From NCBI GenBank assembly GCA_963665275.2, contig CAXXIN010000003.1, positions 32,001 to 96,000 of the forward strand: a stretch of 64,000 bases of DNA, written 5' to 3'. Source of the stretch: Negativicutes bacterium. GTDB taxonomy: Bacteria > Bacillota > Negativicutes > UBA1444. Both the position numbers and the translations under genes were made by a program. Of this stretch, positions 20,253 to 29,531 are shown piece by piece (within the stretch, counting starts at the first letter, position 1; the number at the start of each line of letters is the position of its first letter). The notes below the pieces were generated by a model. That model was not told where the DNA came from. It saw nothing but the letters and a program-made list of their open reading frames with translations, and did no database searches.

Positions 20253-21590
20253 GATAGCGTACAATAAAGTTCGCAAAAGAGAATAGGAAAAACCATCGGC
20301 AACTCCGAAAAGGTAAGTGTCCAGCAAACCAAGAAGGAGTGTAGCGCCGATGGTTTACCAAAATTCTACCGTACCTTTTGAAAAAATGCTAATGAAATTT
20401 GTGGCAGACGACGATCCCATGCAGGAAATGCTCAAGTGGCTCTGCGAACGACTCATGGCAGCCGAAGTGGACGGCAAGCTGGAAGCCCAAAAATCAGAGC
20501 GAACCCAAACTCGCCAGGGATATCGCTCAGGTTATCGAGTCAGGCGATTTGACACGCGAATGGGGACAATGTATCTGATGGTGCCCAAGATCCGAAATGG
20601 CGGGTATATCCCATTCTTCCTGGAAGCCAGAAAACGATCCGAAGCCGCTTTGATGAACGTCATTCAGGAAGCCTATGTAAACGGCGTATCGACACGGAAA
20701 ATCGACAAACTCACCAAAAGTTTGGGGATCGACTCCATCTCCCGCAGTCAGGTTTCGGCCATCACCAAAGAATTAAATGAACAAGTTGAAGCCTTCCGCA
20801 ATCGCCAGTTGGAAGAGATCTATCCGGTTCTATGGGTGGATGCCTTGTATGAACGTATCCGCGATCACCATAGTGTTAAAAACATGGCGGTCCTGGTAGT
20901 TACAGGCATTAATTGCGACGGCAAACGCGATATCCTGGCGATTGAACCGATGGTTGAGGAATCCGCCGCCACGTATACCCAACTGTTCGACAATCTCAAA
21001 GCCCGGGGAGTAAAAAAGGTCTGGTTGGTTGTATCGGATGCGCATAAGGGGCTGGTCAAAGCCGTGAGGGAATCCTTCGTTGGTTGCGCCTGGCAACGCT
21101 GCAAAGTCCATTTCATGCGAAATATCTTGGCCCATATATCCAGCCGGGAAAAGAAAACCTTTGCGGAAAAACTCAAGCAAATCTGGCTCCAGCCTGACTA
21201 TGACAGCGCCAAAAAATATGCGGCGTCTCTGATGGACGATTATGAAACAAGATATCCGGAAGCGATTGCCACACTGGAAGACGGTCTGGAAGAATCGCTG
21301 CAGTTTTTCAGTTTCAATGAAATCGACTCGCGAAAAATCTCATCCACTAATCTGTTGGAACGGCTAAACAAGGAAATCCGGCGTCGAACAAAGGTGGTCG
21401 GTATCTTCCCGAGTATGGATTCCTATGTTCGCCTAGTAACCAGTTACTTGATTGAATACAGCGAGGATTGGTCTAGCGGGCGATCTTATATTCATCCCAT
21501 GATCATTACAGAGATCCAGCAAAAACTCGATGCGGCTGCTTAACCAAGCTGGAGTGCCGATGGTTTTTGCGAACATTATTTGACACTATC
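20253..21590 (+). mobile_element. IS256-family element with 8-bp target duplication
   Basis: Imperfect IRs GATAGCGTACAATAAAGTTCGCAAAA / TTTTGCGAACATTATTTGACACTATC; TSD AGTCTACG at 20245-20252 and 21591-21598. Confidence 0.93.
20350..21543 (+). CDS. IS256-family transposase
   Basis: YRSGYR, GVSTRK, DALY, SDAHKGL, WQRCKVHF.RN and STNLLERLNKEIRRRT motifs. Confidence 0.95.
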   Translation: MVYQNSTVPFEKMLMKFVADDDPMQEMLKWLCERLMAAEVDGKLEAQKSERTQTRQGYRSGYRVRRFDTRMGTMYLMVPKIRNGGYIPFFLEARKRSEAALMNVIQEAYVNGVSTRKIDKLTKSLGIDSISRSQVSAITKELNEQVEAFRNRQLEEIYPVLWVDALYERIRDHHSVKNMAVLVVTGINCDGKRDILAIEPMVEESAATYTQLFDNLKARGVKKVWLVVSDAHKGLVKAVRESFVGCAWQRCKVHFMRNILAHISSREKKTFAEKLKQIWLQPDYDSAKKYAASLMDDYETRYPEAIATLEDGLEESLQFFSFNEIDSRKISSTNLLERLNKEIRRRTKVVGIFPSMDSYVRLVTSYLIEYSEDWSSGRSYIHPMIITEIQQKLDAAA

Positions 21591-21708
21591 AGTCTACGCC
21601 TCATTCAAGCATTTTACATTAGAACAATAGAATACGATTTGCATGAAAACTCCTGGATCGTTTATAACGATGGAGTTAAATCTTACGGACTTATCCTGAC
21701 GGCCACAC

Positions 21709-21754
21709 ACAACAAAGGGCAGCCAACCACGAATGATTGACTGCCCTTTGTTGT
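21709..21754. repeat. Family A hairpin (A1, variant outer stem)
   Basis: acaacaaagggcag-ccaaccacgaatgattg-actgccctttgttgt. Confidence 0.7.
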
Positions 21755-21870
21755 ATTACAACAGATTTAATTCGTTGCTATCGCGCTCAACCCTTCGGCT
21801 TAAATCGAGGTTGCTTGTTTCATTTTCAGGGCTTCTTTCAGTCAAAAGCGATTCAATCTATGTGCAAAAA

Positions 21871-22101
21871 TTATCGATCAAGTCCGATGGTCCTCACATA
21901 CATCGTGTCTCCCGACCAATACTTTAGTCCATTTTTCCCATCGCCCCTTGCTTCTTTAGCATCTTTCGAGGAAAACTCATAACCTTCGCTTTCTTCGAAC
22001 GCGCGTCTTGCATAGGGATCCCTACATTCCAAAAATCTTTTAGCAAATTTTTCATCAGCCTTCATTCTGTCAATAAATCGCTTTGCGACTTCAACACTCA
22101 T
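21871..22101 (-). CDS. Nif11-like leader peptide protein
   Basis: MSVEVAKRFIDRMKADEKFAKR...R.AF...EGYEFS pattern; AGGAGGG RBS. Confidence 0.7.
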   Translation of the reverse strand: MSVEVAKRFIDRMKADEKFAKRFLECRDPYARRAFEESEGYEFSSKDAKEARGDGKNGLKYWSGDTMYVRTIGLDR

Positions 22102-22237
22102 TTGTATCCCTCCTGTTTTTCCTCTCCAGTTCCACTTGAGAATCGCTCAGTGTTAAACTAGCGATTTCAAGACAAATCAGATTATTCATATTACTAGTAT
22201 ACCACCTTTTCAGCCACAGTGTATTCGGCGCGTTCTC

Positions 22238-22301
22238 CTGCCCACAAGCAAAAAAGCTCTGCGAATAAAATTTCGCAAAGCTTTTTTTTGCTTGTGGGCA
22301 G
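22238..22301. terminator. Long (about 27 bp) hairpin after STAS copy 3
   Basis: ctgcccacaagcaaaaaagctctgcgaa...ttcgcaaagcttttttttgcttgtgggcag. Confidence 0.7.
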
Positions 22302-22337
22302 CCTTTTTCTATCGCACAGCCCGATCTCCCATTGCCA

Positions 22338-22640
22338 TTATTGGATTTCAAACGCTTTCATCATGTAGGTTAATTCAAACTGTTTTTTCAAAAGCCGTTG
22401 AATTCCTTTTATCTTAATGCCGCCACCACTCTGCAAGGCTTTCTTTTGGGCGGAAACGATCATTCCCATGCCCACACATTCGATGTAATCGACTTGCGAC
22501 AAATCAAGCAAAATGGATGTTTGACCTTGGATAATCAATTCAGTAAGAGCGTCTCTAATTCTTTTTGCTTCTTCCACAAAAATGTTTCCTGTCAAAATAA
22601 CTTGCATCTGATTATTTATCATTTCCATTTTCTGATTCAA
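22338..22640 (-). CDS. STAS anti-sigma-factor antagonist (copy 3, lacks phospho-Ser)
   Basis: LDLSQVDYIECVGMG; paralog of copies 1 and 2. Confidence 0.85.
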   Translation of the reverse strand: MNQKMEMINNQMQVILTGNIFVEEAKRIRDALTELIIQGQTSILLDLSQVDYIECVGMGMIVSAQKKALQSGGGIKIKGIQRLLKKQFELTYMMKAFEIQ

Positions 22641-22750
22641 TGTGATTCTCCTCTTACGCCTTTCAGGTGTTACTACTTATTGTAGCACAGGTTGGCGCAT
22701 TCCAGTATTGTCCAGAACCGATACGCCCTGCAGTCTGCAAATCAATTGGC

Positions 22751-23185
22751 TCATTGTCCAAATAGAGCGAGTCCCACAAAGGCGCCAAGCAAGATCCCAA
22801 GACCTTCCTGTTCCTGTTCATGTCGTTGATTTTCCAACCACTGACGGTCATGCCATGCACGATCATTTTCCATGGCACGCCTGCGCATTTCTCTTTCATG
22901 CCGCTCGTTTTCCCAGCGTTGACGATCCATCTGCCCCTGCCGTTCTCTATCCATACGCTCCCGTTCCATCCGTTGGTGTTCGGCACGTTGGTGTTCCATC
23001 CGTTGCTGCTCAGCTCGCTGTTGTTCCATACGCTGTTGGTTGGGAGGTTGCTGGCGGGACCGATGTTCCTGTTGCTGCCTGTCATCACGATTTTGCGGTG
23101 CCGCCTGTACTACAGTCGCACCAATCCCACTCATCAAAACCCCAACCAAAGAATATACGATTACTTTTCGTGCTTGCTTTAACAT
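22751..23185 (-). CDS. Signal-peptide, Q/R/E-rich pentapeptide-repeat protein (paralog 2)
   Basis: AAGGAG RBS; QQRME/QQRAE/HQRAE repeats; hydrophobic C-terminal tail. Confidence 0.75.
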   Translation of the reverse strand: MLKQARKVIVYSLVGVLMSGIGATVVQAAPQNRDDRQQQEHRSRQQPPNQQRMEQQRAEQQRMEHQRAEHQRMERERMDRERQGQMDRQRWENERHEREMRRRAMENDRAWHDRQWLENQRHEQEQEGLGILLGAFVGLALFGQ

Positions 23186-23342
23186 TCTTGTTCATCTCCT
23201 TCATTCTTCGCCTTTAATTGATGACTGGAATCGCAAATCCCGACTAGCTTTTCTCTTACCTTCATTATGAGCCGCAAATATGTCAAGATTGTGTCAAAAG
23301 CTTGTCAAATATAAGTAGTTTTCCATCTGGTTGTAAAATATA

Positions 23343-23381
23343 AAAAGCCAAGGCACCCGCTTAAGAGGCTCCTTGGCTTTT
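23343..23381. repeat. Family C hairpin
   Basis: aaaagccaaggcacc...ggctccttggctttt; related copies at 37524 and 40383. Confidence 0.65.
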
Positions 23382-23434
23382 TTTCGAGAACAATCCGAGC
23401 AATTATCTGCTTGATTGACTCTTTGCTATTGATA

Positions 23435-24634
23435 TCAGATAATCTGTTTTTTGCGTCTCCTGGCATGCACACCAGCCAGACGACGTTTGCTTTTATGAAA
23501 ATCCACAACTAAAGAAGTTACAACAACCAAAGCTACACCTAGGAGAATCTTAAAATAATATTCCCGCTCTATGGCTTCGGTCGCAATCAAGTCAATTTTC
23601 CCAATTTCGTTCCCCTTATATAGAACTCGCGCTACGCCCAGTTTTTGCCCTACTTCGATGGGCGCCTCCACACTGTTGGGCACTTCGGCAACTACTTGAA
23701 ATTGATCCAGGTCTCCATCAGAAACTGGTACAAGCATATTGGAAACAGCGGCAAGTTTCACGTTGCCGATTTTTCCATCGGCGACCGAGGCTGTTTTCAA
23801 AATGGTTCCCTGTTTGAATAATTCTACCGTTTGAAGTTTGCTAAAGCCAAAATCCAGAAGTGCTCTGGAATCAACCCACATCTGATCTGCATCCAAAACC
23901 ACCGCAATCAAATGAACATTATTGCGGGTAGCACTAGACACCAAACATGGCCCAGCCGCTTCAGTGTAACCCGTTTTTACGCCGTTGGCGCCATTATACG
24001 TCCAAAGTAATTTGTTTTCGTTATACAAATCCCGGTCATAGCCTTTGTTGTTCCATGGAATATTTTTGTGTCGTGTGCTAACGATATTGCGAAACAAGGA
24101 GTTTTTGTAGCCATAAGCGGTGATAATCGCCAAATCATGGGCTGTTGTATAGTGCTTCGGATCAGGCAACCCATTGGGATTTGTAAAATTGGTGTGAACA
24201 GCGCCGATGGCATGGGCTTTCTGCGTCATGAGCTGAGAGAATTTTTCCATGGAGCCTGAAATATGCTCGGCGACTGCCACCGTTGCGTCGTTGCCGGAAT
24301 GTAGCATGACACCATAAAGTATATCCAGAAGCTTCAGTCGCTCGCCAACCTCCAGATATATTGAAGAGCCATCAGTCATGGCAGCATTGGGACTGGCCGT
24401 TACAACATCTTCCAGGTTCCCATGTTCCAAAGCAGTTATCAAGGTCATTATTTTGGTCGTACTGGCTGGATACCGTATCGCTTCCGCATTTTTTTCATAT
24501 AGAATCTTGCCTGTGGTCGCTTCAATCACGATCGCCGACTTGGCCGTGATTTTCGGTAGGTTCGGCGCGGCAATCGCTATTTGCGATATTAAAATCAAAT
24601 AGACAAAGCATATTAAAAATATACGTTTTACCAA
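23435..24634 (-). CDS. D-alanyl-D-alanine carboxypeptidase (peptidase S11)
   Basis: PASTTK (SxxK), SGN and KTG motifs; PBP5 C-domain; C-terminal anchor. Confidence 0.92.
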   Translation of the reverse strand: MVKRIFLICFVYLILISQIAIAAPNLPKITAKSAIVIEATTGKILYEKNAEAIRYPASTTKIMTLITALEHGNLEDVVTASPNAAMTDGSSIYLEVGERLKLLDILYGVMLHSGNDATVAVAEHISGSMEKFSQLMTQKAHAIGAVHTNFTNPNGLPDPKHYTTAHDLAIITAYGYKNSLFRNIVSTRHKNIPWNNKGYDRDLYNENKLLWTYNGANGVKTGYTEAAGPCLVSSATRNNVHLIAVVLDADQMWVDSRALLDFGFSKLQTVELFKQGTILKTASVADGKIGNVKLAAVSNMLVPVSDGDLDQFQVVAEVPNSVEAPIEVGQKLGVARVLYKGNEIGKIDLIATEAIEREYYFKILLGVALVVVTSLVVDFHKSKRRLAGVHARRRKKQII

Positions 24635-24856
24635 CGAGGTTCTTCCTTTCAATCCAACATTTTTATCTTCGCCAAAACACAATATATCATCAGTACGAAA
24701 AAATCTCCAGTCTGGTCGTACATCCTTTGCCCTCTTTATACTTCGCAACTCCATGATTGGCGCGTATTTCATGGCATTATCACAAACTTAAGCCGGTCGC
24801 AACAAAAATACTCCCCGGACAAACAGTCCGAGGAGCGTTAATAGGATTACGTTAAG

Positions 24857-25522
24857 TTAAAAAACTATTTTTTGCAATTCCACTTCTGCCTTGGGAGCAA
24901 AAAGTTTTATATCGCTATATATATCGGAAAGATGCTGAAAAACAAAGTCGTGCGGAATACCTGACGGTGCATAGACCACAAACATAACTTTGGTTGTTTC
25001 TGATGTAATGCGAGTTCGACTATCGGGTCCGTGAATGATACTGGATATAATCCCTGCTTCATCGCTAATGCTCATATCCCCTGGTTTTGCTATTTGCGTC
25101 TTTCCATTCATCAATATATATTGCTCTCCGTCGTTGACCACATTAAGTTTCAAGGGCAACTGCAATGCATAATAATCGTGCCCGGCGGTTAGTAAGCCGT
25201 TTTTCAATTCAGCCATAAACATGGTTTCGACTAACCCTGCAACACTCGGAATACTCTTGCTTTTGAAAATCACCGACTCCATTTGCTGTTGCACATGGTA
25301 GGTCTTTACAAATTTTTTATAATAGGCAATGTACGCACTTATGATAGGATTTTCGACCAATTCGTTCCGATTGGAAAATTTGAGTCTAAGTTCGTTTTCA
25401 ATCATTCGCTTTTGTTCATCCAGCACTCCACTGTGCTCAGGGTTAGTCACTTGGTCAACTACCAAGATGCCTACACTAGCTCCCGGGAATGAGTTTTTCC
25501 ATTGTTCGGCAATTTTCAACAT
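24857..25522 (-). CDS. B3/4 domain (PheRS beta editing-like) protein
   Basis: Overall pattern with LLTAGHD and GPDSRT motifs of stand-alone B3/4 proteins. Confidence 0.7.
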   Translation of the reverse strand: MLKIAEQWKNSFPGASVGILVVDQVTNPEHSGVLDEQKRMIENELRLKFSNRNELVENPIISAYIAYYKKFVKTYHVQQQMESVIFKSKSIPSVAGLVETMFMAELKNGLLTAGHDYYALQLPLKLNVVNDGEQYILMNGKTQIAKPGDMSISDEAGIISSIIHGPDSRTRITSETTKVMFVVYAPSGIPHDFVFQHLSDIYSDIKLFAPKAEVELQKIVF

Positions 25523-25562
25523 GTGAATCAGCTCCTCAACAATAACGATTAACCTTCCACCT

Positions 25563-26438
25563 TCATATTACATCGTTTGGGTGAAACCGCTCTTGTATGA
25601 AATTGCTGTATTGGCTTGGAGTAATCCCAGTAATTTGTTTGAACTGTTTTGAAAAATGGCTTTGATCCACAAACCCCATTTCGTGGGCAACAAATGCAGG
25701 CAAAAACCCTTTAGCGAGAAACTCTTTGGCTCTTTTGATCCGAACTTGTTTCTGGTAAATGTGTGGTGGAACTCCGATGTGATTTTTAAATACGCGGATT
25801 AGGTGAAACGAACTCAAATGGCATGTTGTGGAAAGGTCTTGCAGCGAAATGTTTTCCGAATAATGCTCTTCAATATAGTCCTTAACTAATTTTACGCCTT
25901 GGTCCTCTTTTCCCCAATAGCACAAATCTGTTCGTTGGTCAGAATGGCGGGCAACAAATGCTGTCAGCATTGAAAAAACAAGTGACTCTTGTTCAAGTGT
26001 AGGTGAATTTCGTTCCTCCAAAAATCGGTGTGTTATACTGATTTGATTCGCTAAGTTACGATCTTGAATGACTCCTGTTGCAAAATAAGGGCTTCGAGCC
26101 TTCCCATATAGATTATATGCAACTTGTTCAATCAAATCCCGCGAAAGATAAAACATTCGATAAGTCCAGCCCTCTGGAGTTGCTGCATAACCATCATGCG
26201 CCTCTCCTGGAATCACCAAATTGACAGAGCCGGAAGGCGCTATCACGCGCTCTCCTCTATACGAAAAAGCAAGCGCGCCTTGCTCGATTACTCCAATCGC
26301 ATATCCTTCGTGAATGTGACGGGGAAAAACTTGCGTAGTATATGTTGCACAAAGCAATTCAAGATTCTGCAGCTGAGGAATAATCCAGTAATTTACTGAT
26401 TCAGGTAAGCCTAATTTATGTGTCATAATGAAATCCAA
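25563..26438 (-). CDS. AraC-family transcriptional regulator
   Basis: FPRHIHE cupin domain; C-terminal GFVDQSHFSKQFKQITGITPSQY. Confidence 0.92.
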   Translation of the reverse strand: MDFIMTHKLGLPESVNYWIIPQLQNLELLCATYTTQVFPRHIHEGYAIGVIEQGALAFSYRGERVIAPSGSVNLVIPGEAHDGYAATPEGWTYRMFYLSRDLIEQVAYNLYGKARSPYFATGVIQDRNLANQISITHRFLEERNSPTLEQESLVFSMLTAFVARHSDQRTDLCYWGKEDQGVKLVKDYIEEHYSENISLQDLSTTCHLSSFHLIRVFKNHIGVPPHIYQKQVRIKRAKEFLAKGFLPAFVAHEMGFVDQSHFSKQFKQITGITPSQYSNFIQERFHPNDVI

Positions 26439-26452
26439 ACACCTTTTCTATG

Positions 26453-26881
26453 TCACGCACTAAATGTGCCAATTTCTTCTGCGATAAAATTCGCAGAAAA
26501 GCAGATGGCAGTTTTTGTTTTCTCTTCGCAGAGATGCGGTGGATTATCCTGTTTAAATCCTTGCGGTCGTAAGTCTTTGCACTGCAAACTAGCGAATCGT
26601 TGTTGAAATGCGCTGGCGAAGCTATGACAAACAGTGACAATTTGTTCATGTTCAAATCCTTTTGCTTTTCCATAGATTCCAATGAACATCAAGCTACCCT
26701 CTACAAGGCCACACTGAGCACCGAACCTACCTGCTCCCGGCATCCCAATCGCGGCTTCCAGCACTTGAGGTTGAAGCTCGATGCAGAAGATTTCCCCTAA
26801 TATTTTCAATGTAGTCACTGCACAATTTAGATCCTGGTCCCAGTAATAGGTATGAACCCGTAAGTCAATTAGGTCTTTCAA
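26453..26881 (-). CDS. C_GCAxxG_C_C family putative redox protein
   Basis: NCA...QCGLVEG...SLQCKDL...C pattern. Confidence 0.8.
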   Translation of the reverse strand: MKDLIDLRVHTYYWDQDLNCAVTTLKILGEIFCIELQPQVLEAAIGMPGAGRFGAQCGLVEGSLMFIGIYGKAKGFEHEQIVTVCHSFASAFQQRFASLQCKDLRPQGFKQDNPPHLCEEKTKTAICFSANFIAEEIGTFSA

Positions 26882-26927
26882 CTTCTAATCTCTCCTCAAT
26901 ACATCAATCTGCAAAAGTTAATATGAA

Positions 26928-27305
26928 CTAATTATATACCTGAATATATTTGCCTTTGAAGACAACATTCATTCCGCTATAAAAGGTGCATCCGTCCGTC
27001 TGTTGCACGAGGATGGCTCCATCAACAGCCTGGAATGTTAATTGGCAATTATTTTTTCCATTAAATATGGCTACGTGTTCCGAAGAAATTTCAGCCGCAC
27101 CTTCAATTCCACCTGTGTGATTTTTCCACCTGGCATCGATCTTGAAATTAAATAATTTCTCATTCGCGCCACTAATGATCAGCTGAGAGCCACGCTCCGA
27201 GGAGTTGGAGTCTCTTGACCAGTTCCCATCCCATGCGGATACCACGCCAGAAAAAAACACTGATAGGGTCGCAAAAACCGTTAATATTGCACCGATTCTC
27301 TTCAT
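26928..27305 (-). CDS. Hypothetical secreted beta-rich protein
   Basis: Signal peptide; W.G.W...HTGGIEG.A...C.LTF...C...G..V.F.G.Y. Confidence 0.65.
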   Translation of the reverse strand: MKRIGAILTVFATLSVFFSGVVSAWDGNWSRDSNSSERGSQLIISGANEKLFNFKIDARWKNHTGGIEGAAEISSEHVAIFNGKNNCQLTFQAVDGAILVQQTDGCTFYSGMNVVFKGKYIQVYN

Positions 27306-27462
27306 TGTTTATTGCTCCTTTCGAAATCCTCAGCATCAACCATTGCCCAATCATCATCGACATCGTTTCCTTTGGATGATATCAGTTTAACACAACAGGA
27401 TTTGCATCATATAGCAGTTAAACGTTGCCGGGATTTAATCCATATCTATTGGCACGCAGCAA

Positions 27463-27493
27463 AAGGCTCCTCGGAGAAAATCCGAAGAGCCTT
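27463..27493. terminator. Family B hairpin
   Basis: aaggctcctcgga-gaaaa-tccgaagagcctt. Confidence 0.7.
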
Positions 27494-27525
27494 GATTTTT
27501 CTACGTTAATAGTCAAATAGTCCAA

Positions 27526-27780
27526 TTATGCTTGCTGTCCGCTTCGTTGTTGAAAGACAGTAGCGATGAGGTTTTGACTGCTGTCGTAGACGGCATGAAT
27601 ATTGAAGTTATTTAATAGATTGCCAAAAGAAAACTCTTTAGGCGCTACATAGTAGCTCCTTGAATTGGGGCGACGCGACAATTCCAATATTTTCGGAGCT
27701 AATCTGCCCACTACCATTATTTCACGGGCACTTTCTCTGACTGCTTCCATCAGTTGTGAACTCGTCTTGACCACATACAT
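27526..27780 (-). CDS. Hypothetical protein
   Basis: 84-aa ORF; GAGGG RBS. Confidence 0.55.
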   Translation of the reverse strand: MYVVKTSSQLMEAVRESAREIMVVGRLAPKILELSRRPNSRSYYVAPKEFSFGNLLNNFNIHAVYDSSQNLIATVFQQRSGQQA

Positions 27781-27973
27781 TTGCCAAACCCTCTTTCGTA
27801 AATCTTTGAACCATTATCTTGAACCGAAATCTCAGACTCAATTACCAATCCTGATTCAGGGGTAAAAACAGACAGGGCCTCCCTCAGCAAATGCCCGGAA
27901 GCCCCGTTTTAATGTTGGAGGTTTCTAGCCCCTGCAAAAAACAATCACCCTATTGATATATTACGCTCCATGG

Positions 27974-28402
27974 TTATTCGATGTTTATTGCATTTCCCTT
28001 TTCAGGTTTCGCCGCTTTGGGAACAGTAACAGTCAGCACTCCCTCATCGAATTTAGCTTTTGCCTTGCTGGAGTCCACCATCGCAGGCAAGGGTAAAGTC
28101 CGACAAAAACTTCCGTAGAAGCGCTCCGAAAAGAAATAGTCTTCTTTCTTGGTTTCCGTGCTGGACTTTGCTTCGCCTCGCACTGTAATTGTGTCTTCCG
28201 TAACCGTTACCTGAAGGTCTTCCTTCTTGACACCAGGAACATCCGCTTTCATTACAACTTCTTTGTCTGTTTGAATGATGTCAACCTTAGGTTCGCCGCC
28301 CTTAAACAGTACGGGTATATTGGGGAAATCAAGCAATCTGGGGAATTTCTCAAAATCTCGAACAATCTCATTCATTGGTTCCCACAGGCGAATGTTTGAC
28401 AT
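27974..28402 (-). CDS. Hsp20/alpha-crystallin small heat-shock protein
   Basis: PKVDI.QT...ADVPG, ERFYGSF.R.LPLP and AKFDEGVLTVTVPK motifs. Confidence 0.92.
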   Translation of the reverse strand: MSNIRLWEPMNEIVRDFEKFPRLLDFPNIPVLFKGGEPKVDIIQTDKEVVMKADVPGVKKEDLQVTVTEDTITVRGEAKSSTETKKEDYFFSERFYGSFCRTLPLPAMVDSSKAKAKFDEGVLTVTVPKAAKPEKGNAINIE

Positions 28403-28760
28403 ACATGTCCCTCCTTGCATTCTACTTAATATTTTTTAGCGTTATCATGTATCAATGTGCAAATTCTACCCCAAACTATTGATAACTGCATTATCACGTC
28501 CAAATAACAAAATTCTCATAAACAGAGTAAAAATTATACACTCTGTGCTTGAATTCATTGATGGATTCCTTCAGGGCAACCGCAATCTTACTCATTCACC
28601 GATTCCAGCCCCAATCAGAAAATCTGCCGAATATTTGTTATTCCTCTGTCGAAAAAGATATATCGCCATAAACTTGTCATAAACTCGACATACTATCTAC
28701 ACAATTAAATGTTATCGTTTAGATAGAGTCAAACTCATTATTAAAGGAGATGAACAACTT

Positions 28761-28940
28761 ATGTATCCTGGACGATCTGGCATCGGAATCGTTTTTGTGG
28801 TTTTCCACCTGCTAACTGCTGGAGCTTTTCTGTACTTCATGTACTGCATCTCAAAATCATTAAAAAAGATCGCGAAAAGTTTAGAAAAAAAAGTCCCTCC
28901 GACAATCGAAGGGAATCCGCCAAAGCAGATTATAGAGTAG
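28761..28940 (+). CDS. Small membrane protein (59 aa, not in the ORF track)
   Basis: AAGGAG RBS; MYPGRSGIGIVFVVFHLLTAGAFLYFMYCISKSLKKIAKSLEKK...; terminator tgagccgcaaggctca-tttttt follows. Confidence 0.6.
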   Translation: MYPGRSGIGIVFVVFHLLTAGAFLYFMYCISKSLKKIAKSLEKKVPPTIEGNPPKQIIE

Positions 28941-29080
28941 TATGATACCAACTTGAGCCGCAAGGCTCATTTTTTTATATTATATTGTTATTCAATCATC
29001 CATATCCTTCCTTTGCATTCTCTATGAACGCTTCTATTCGACGAAAGAAAGGATTCAGCTGAAAAATTACAGGATATTGC

Positions 29081-29112
29081 TTGACTATAACATAAGTGTC
29101 ATACTTTAAAAT
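29081..29112 (+). promoter_or_regulatory. MerR-type promoter with long spacer and dyad
   Basis: TTGACT-20 bp-TAAAAT with imperfect dyad tataacat/gtgtcata in the spacer, upstream of a MerR gene. Confidence 0.6.
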
Positions 29113-29143
29113 AAAATCATGATCGGCTGGAGGAACACCCATT

Positions 29144-29530
29144 ATGCTAATTAAAGAGTTGTCATGTAAAACAGGTGCCAGTATTCGCTCCATAAGACAC
29201 TATGAATCAAGAGGGTTGATCAACTCAGAACGATCGCCGAATGGTTACCGAAATTATGAAAACGATGCAATTACCAGAGTGAAAACAATTCAACTGTACC
29301 TAAGCTTAGGACTCAACACAGCAGCTATAGGGAAAATCATTGACTGCCCCATTCTTCCACACAATAATCACCCAATATGCCAGGAAGCCTATATACTCTA
29401 TAAAACAAAATATGCACAAGTGAAAGCGCAGATACAAATATTGCAACAGATTCAATCGCATCTTGAAAGCAAAATGAAAGAGTTTGAACAGTCCACTGCG
29501 GAAACTTCAAATAATGAAATGAGGCGATAA
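29144..29530 (+). CDS. MerR-family regulator
   Basis: IKELSCKTGASIRSIRHYE..GLI.S.R..NGYRNY. Confidence 0.9.
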   Translation: MLIKELSCKTGASIRSIRHYESRGLINSERSPNGYRNYENDAITRVKTIQLYLSLGLNTAAIGKIIDCPILPHNNHPICQEAYILYKTKYAQVKAQIQILQQIQSHLESKMKEFEQSTAETSNNEMRR

Positions 29531-29531
29531 T

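Noticed and set aside
22642-23217. Alternative-frame ORFs over the repeat protein
   Set aside because: Low-complexity repeats keep several frames open; only 22751-23185 has an RBS, a signal peptide and a paralog
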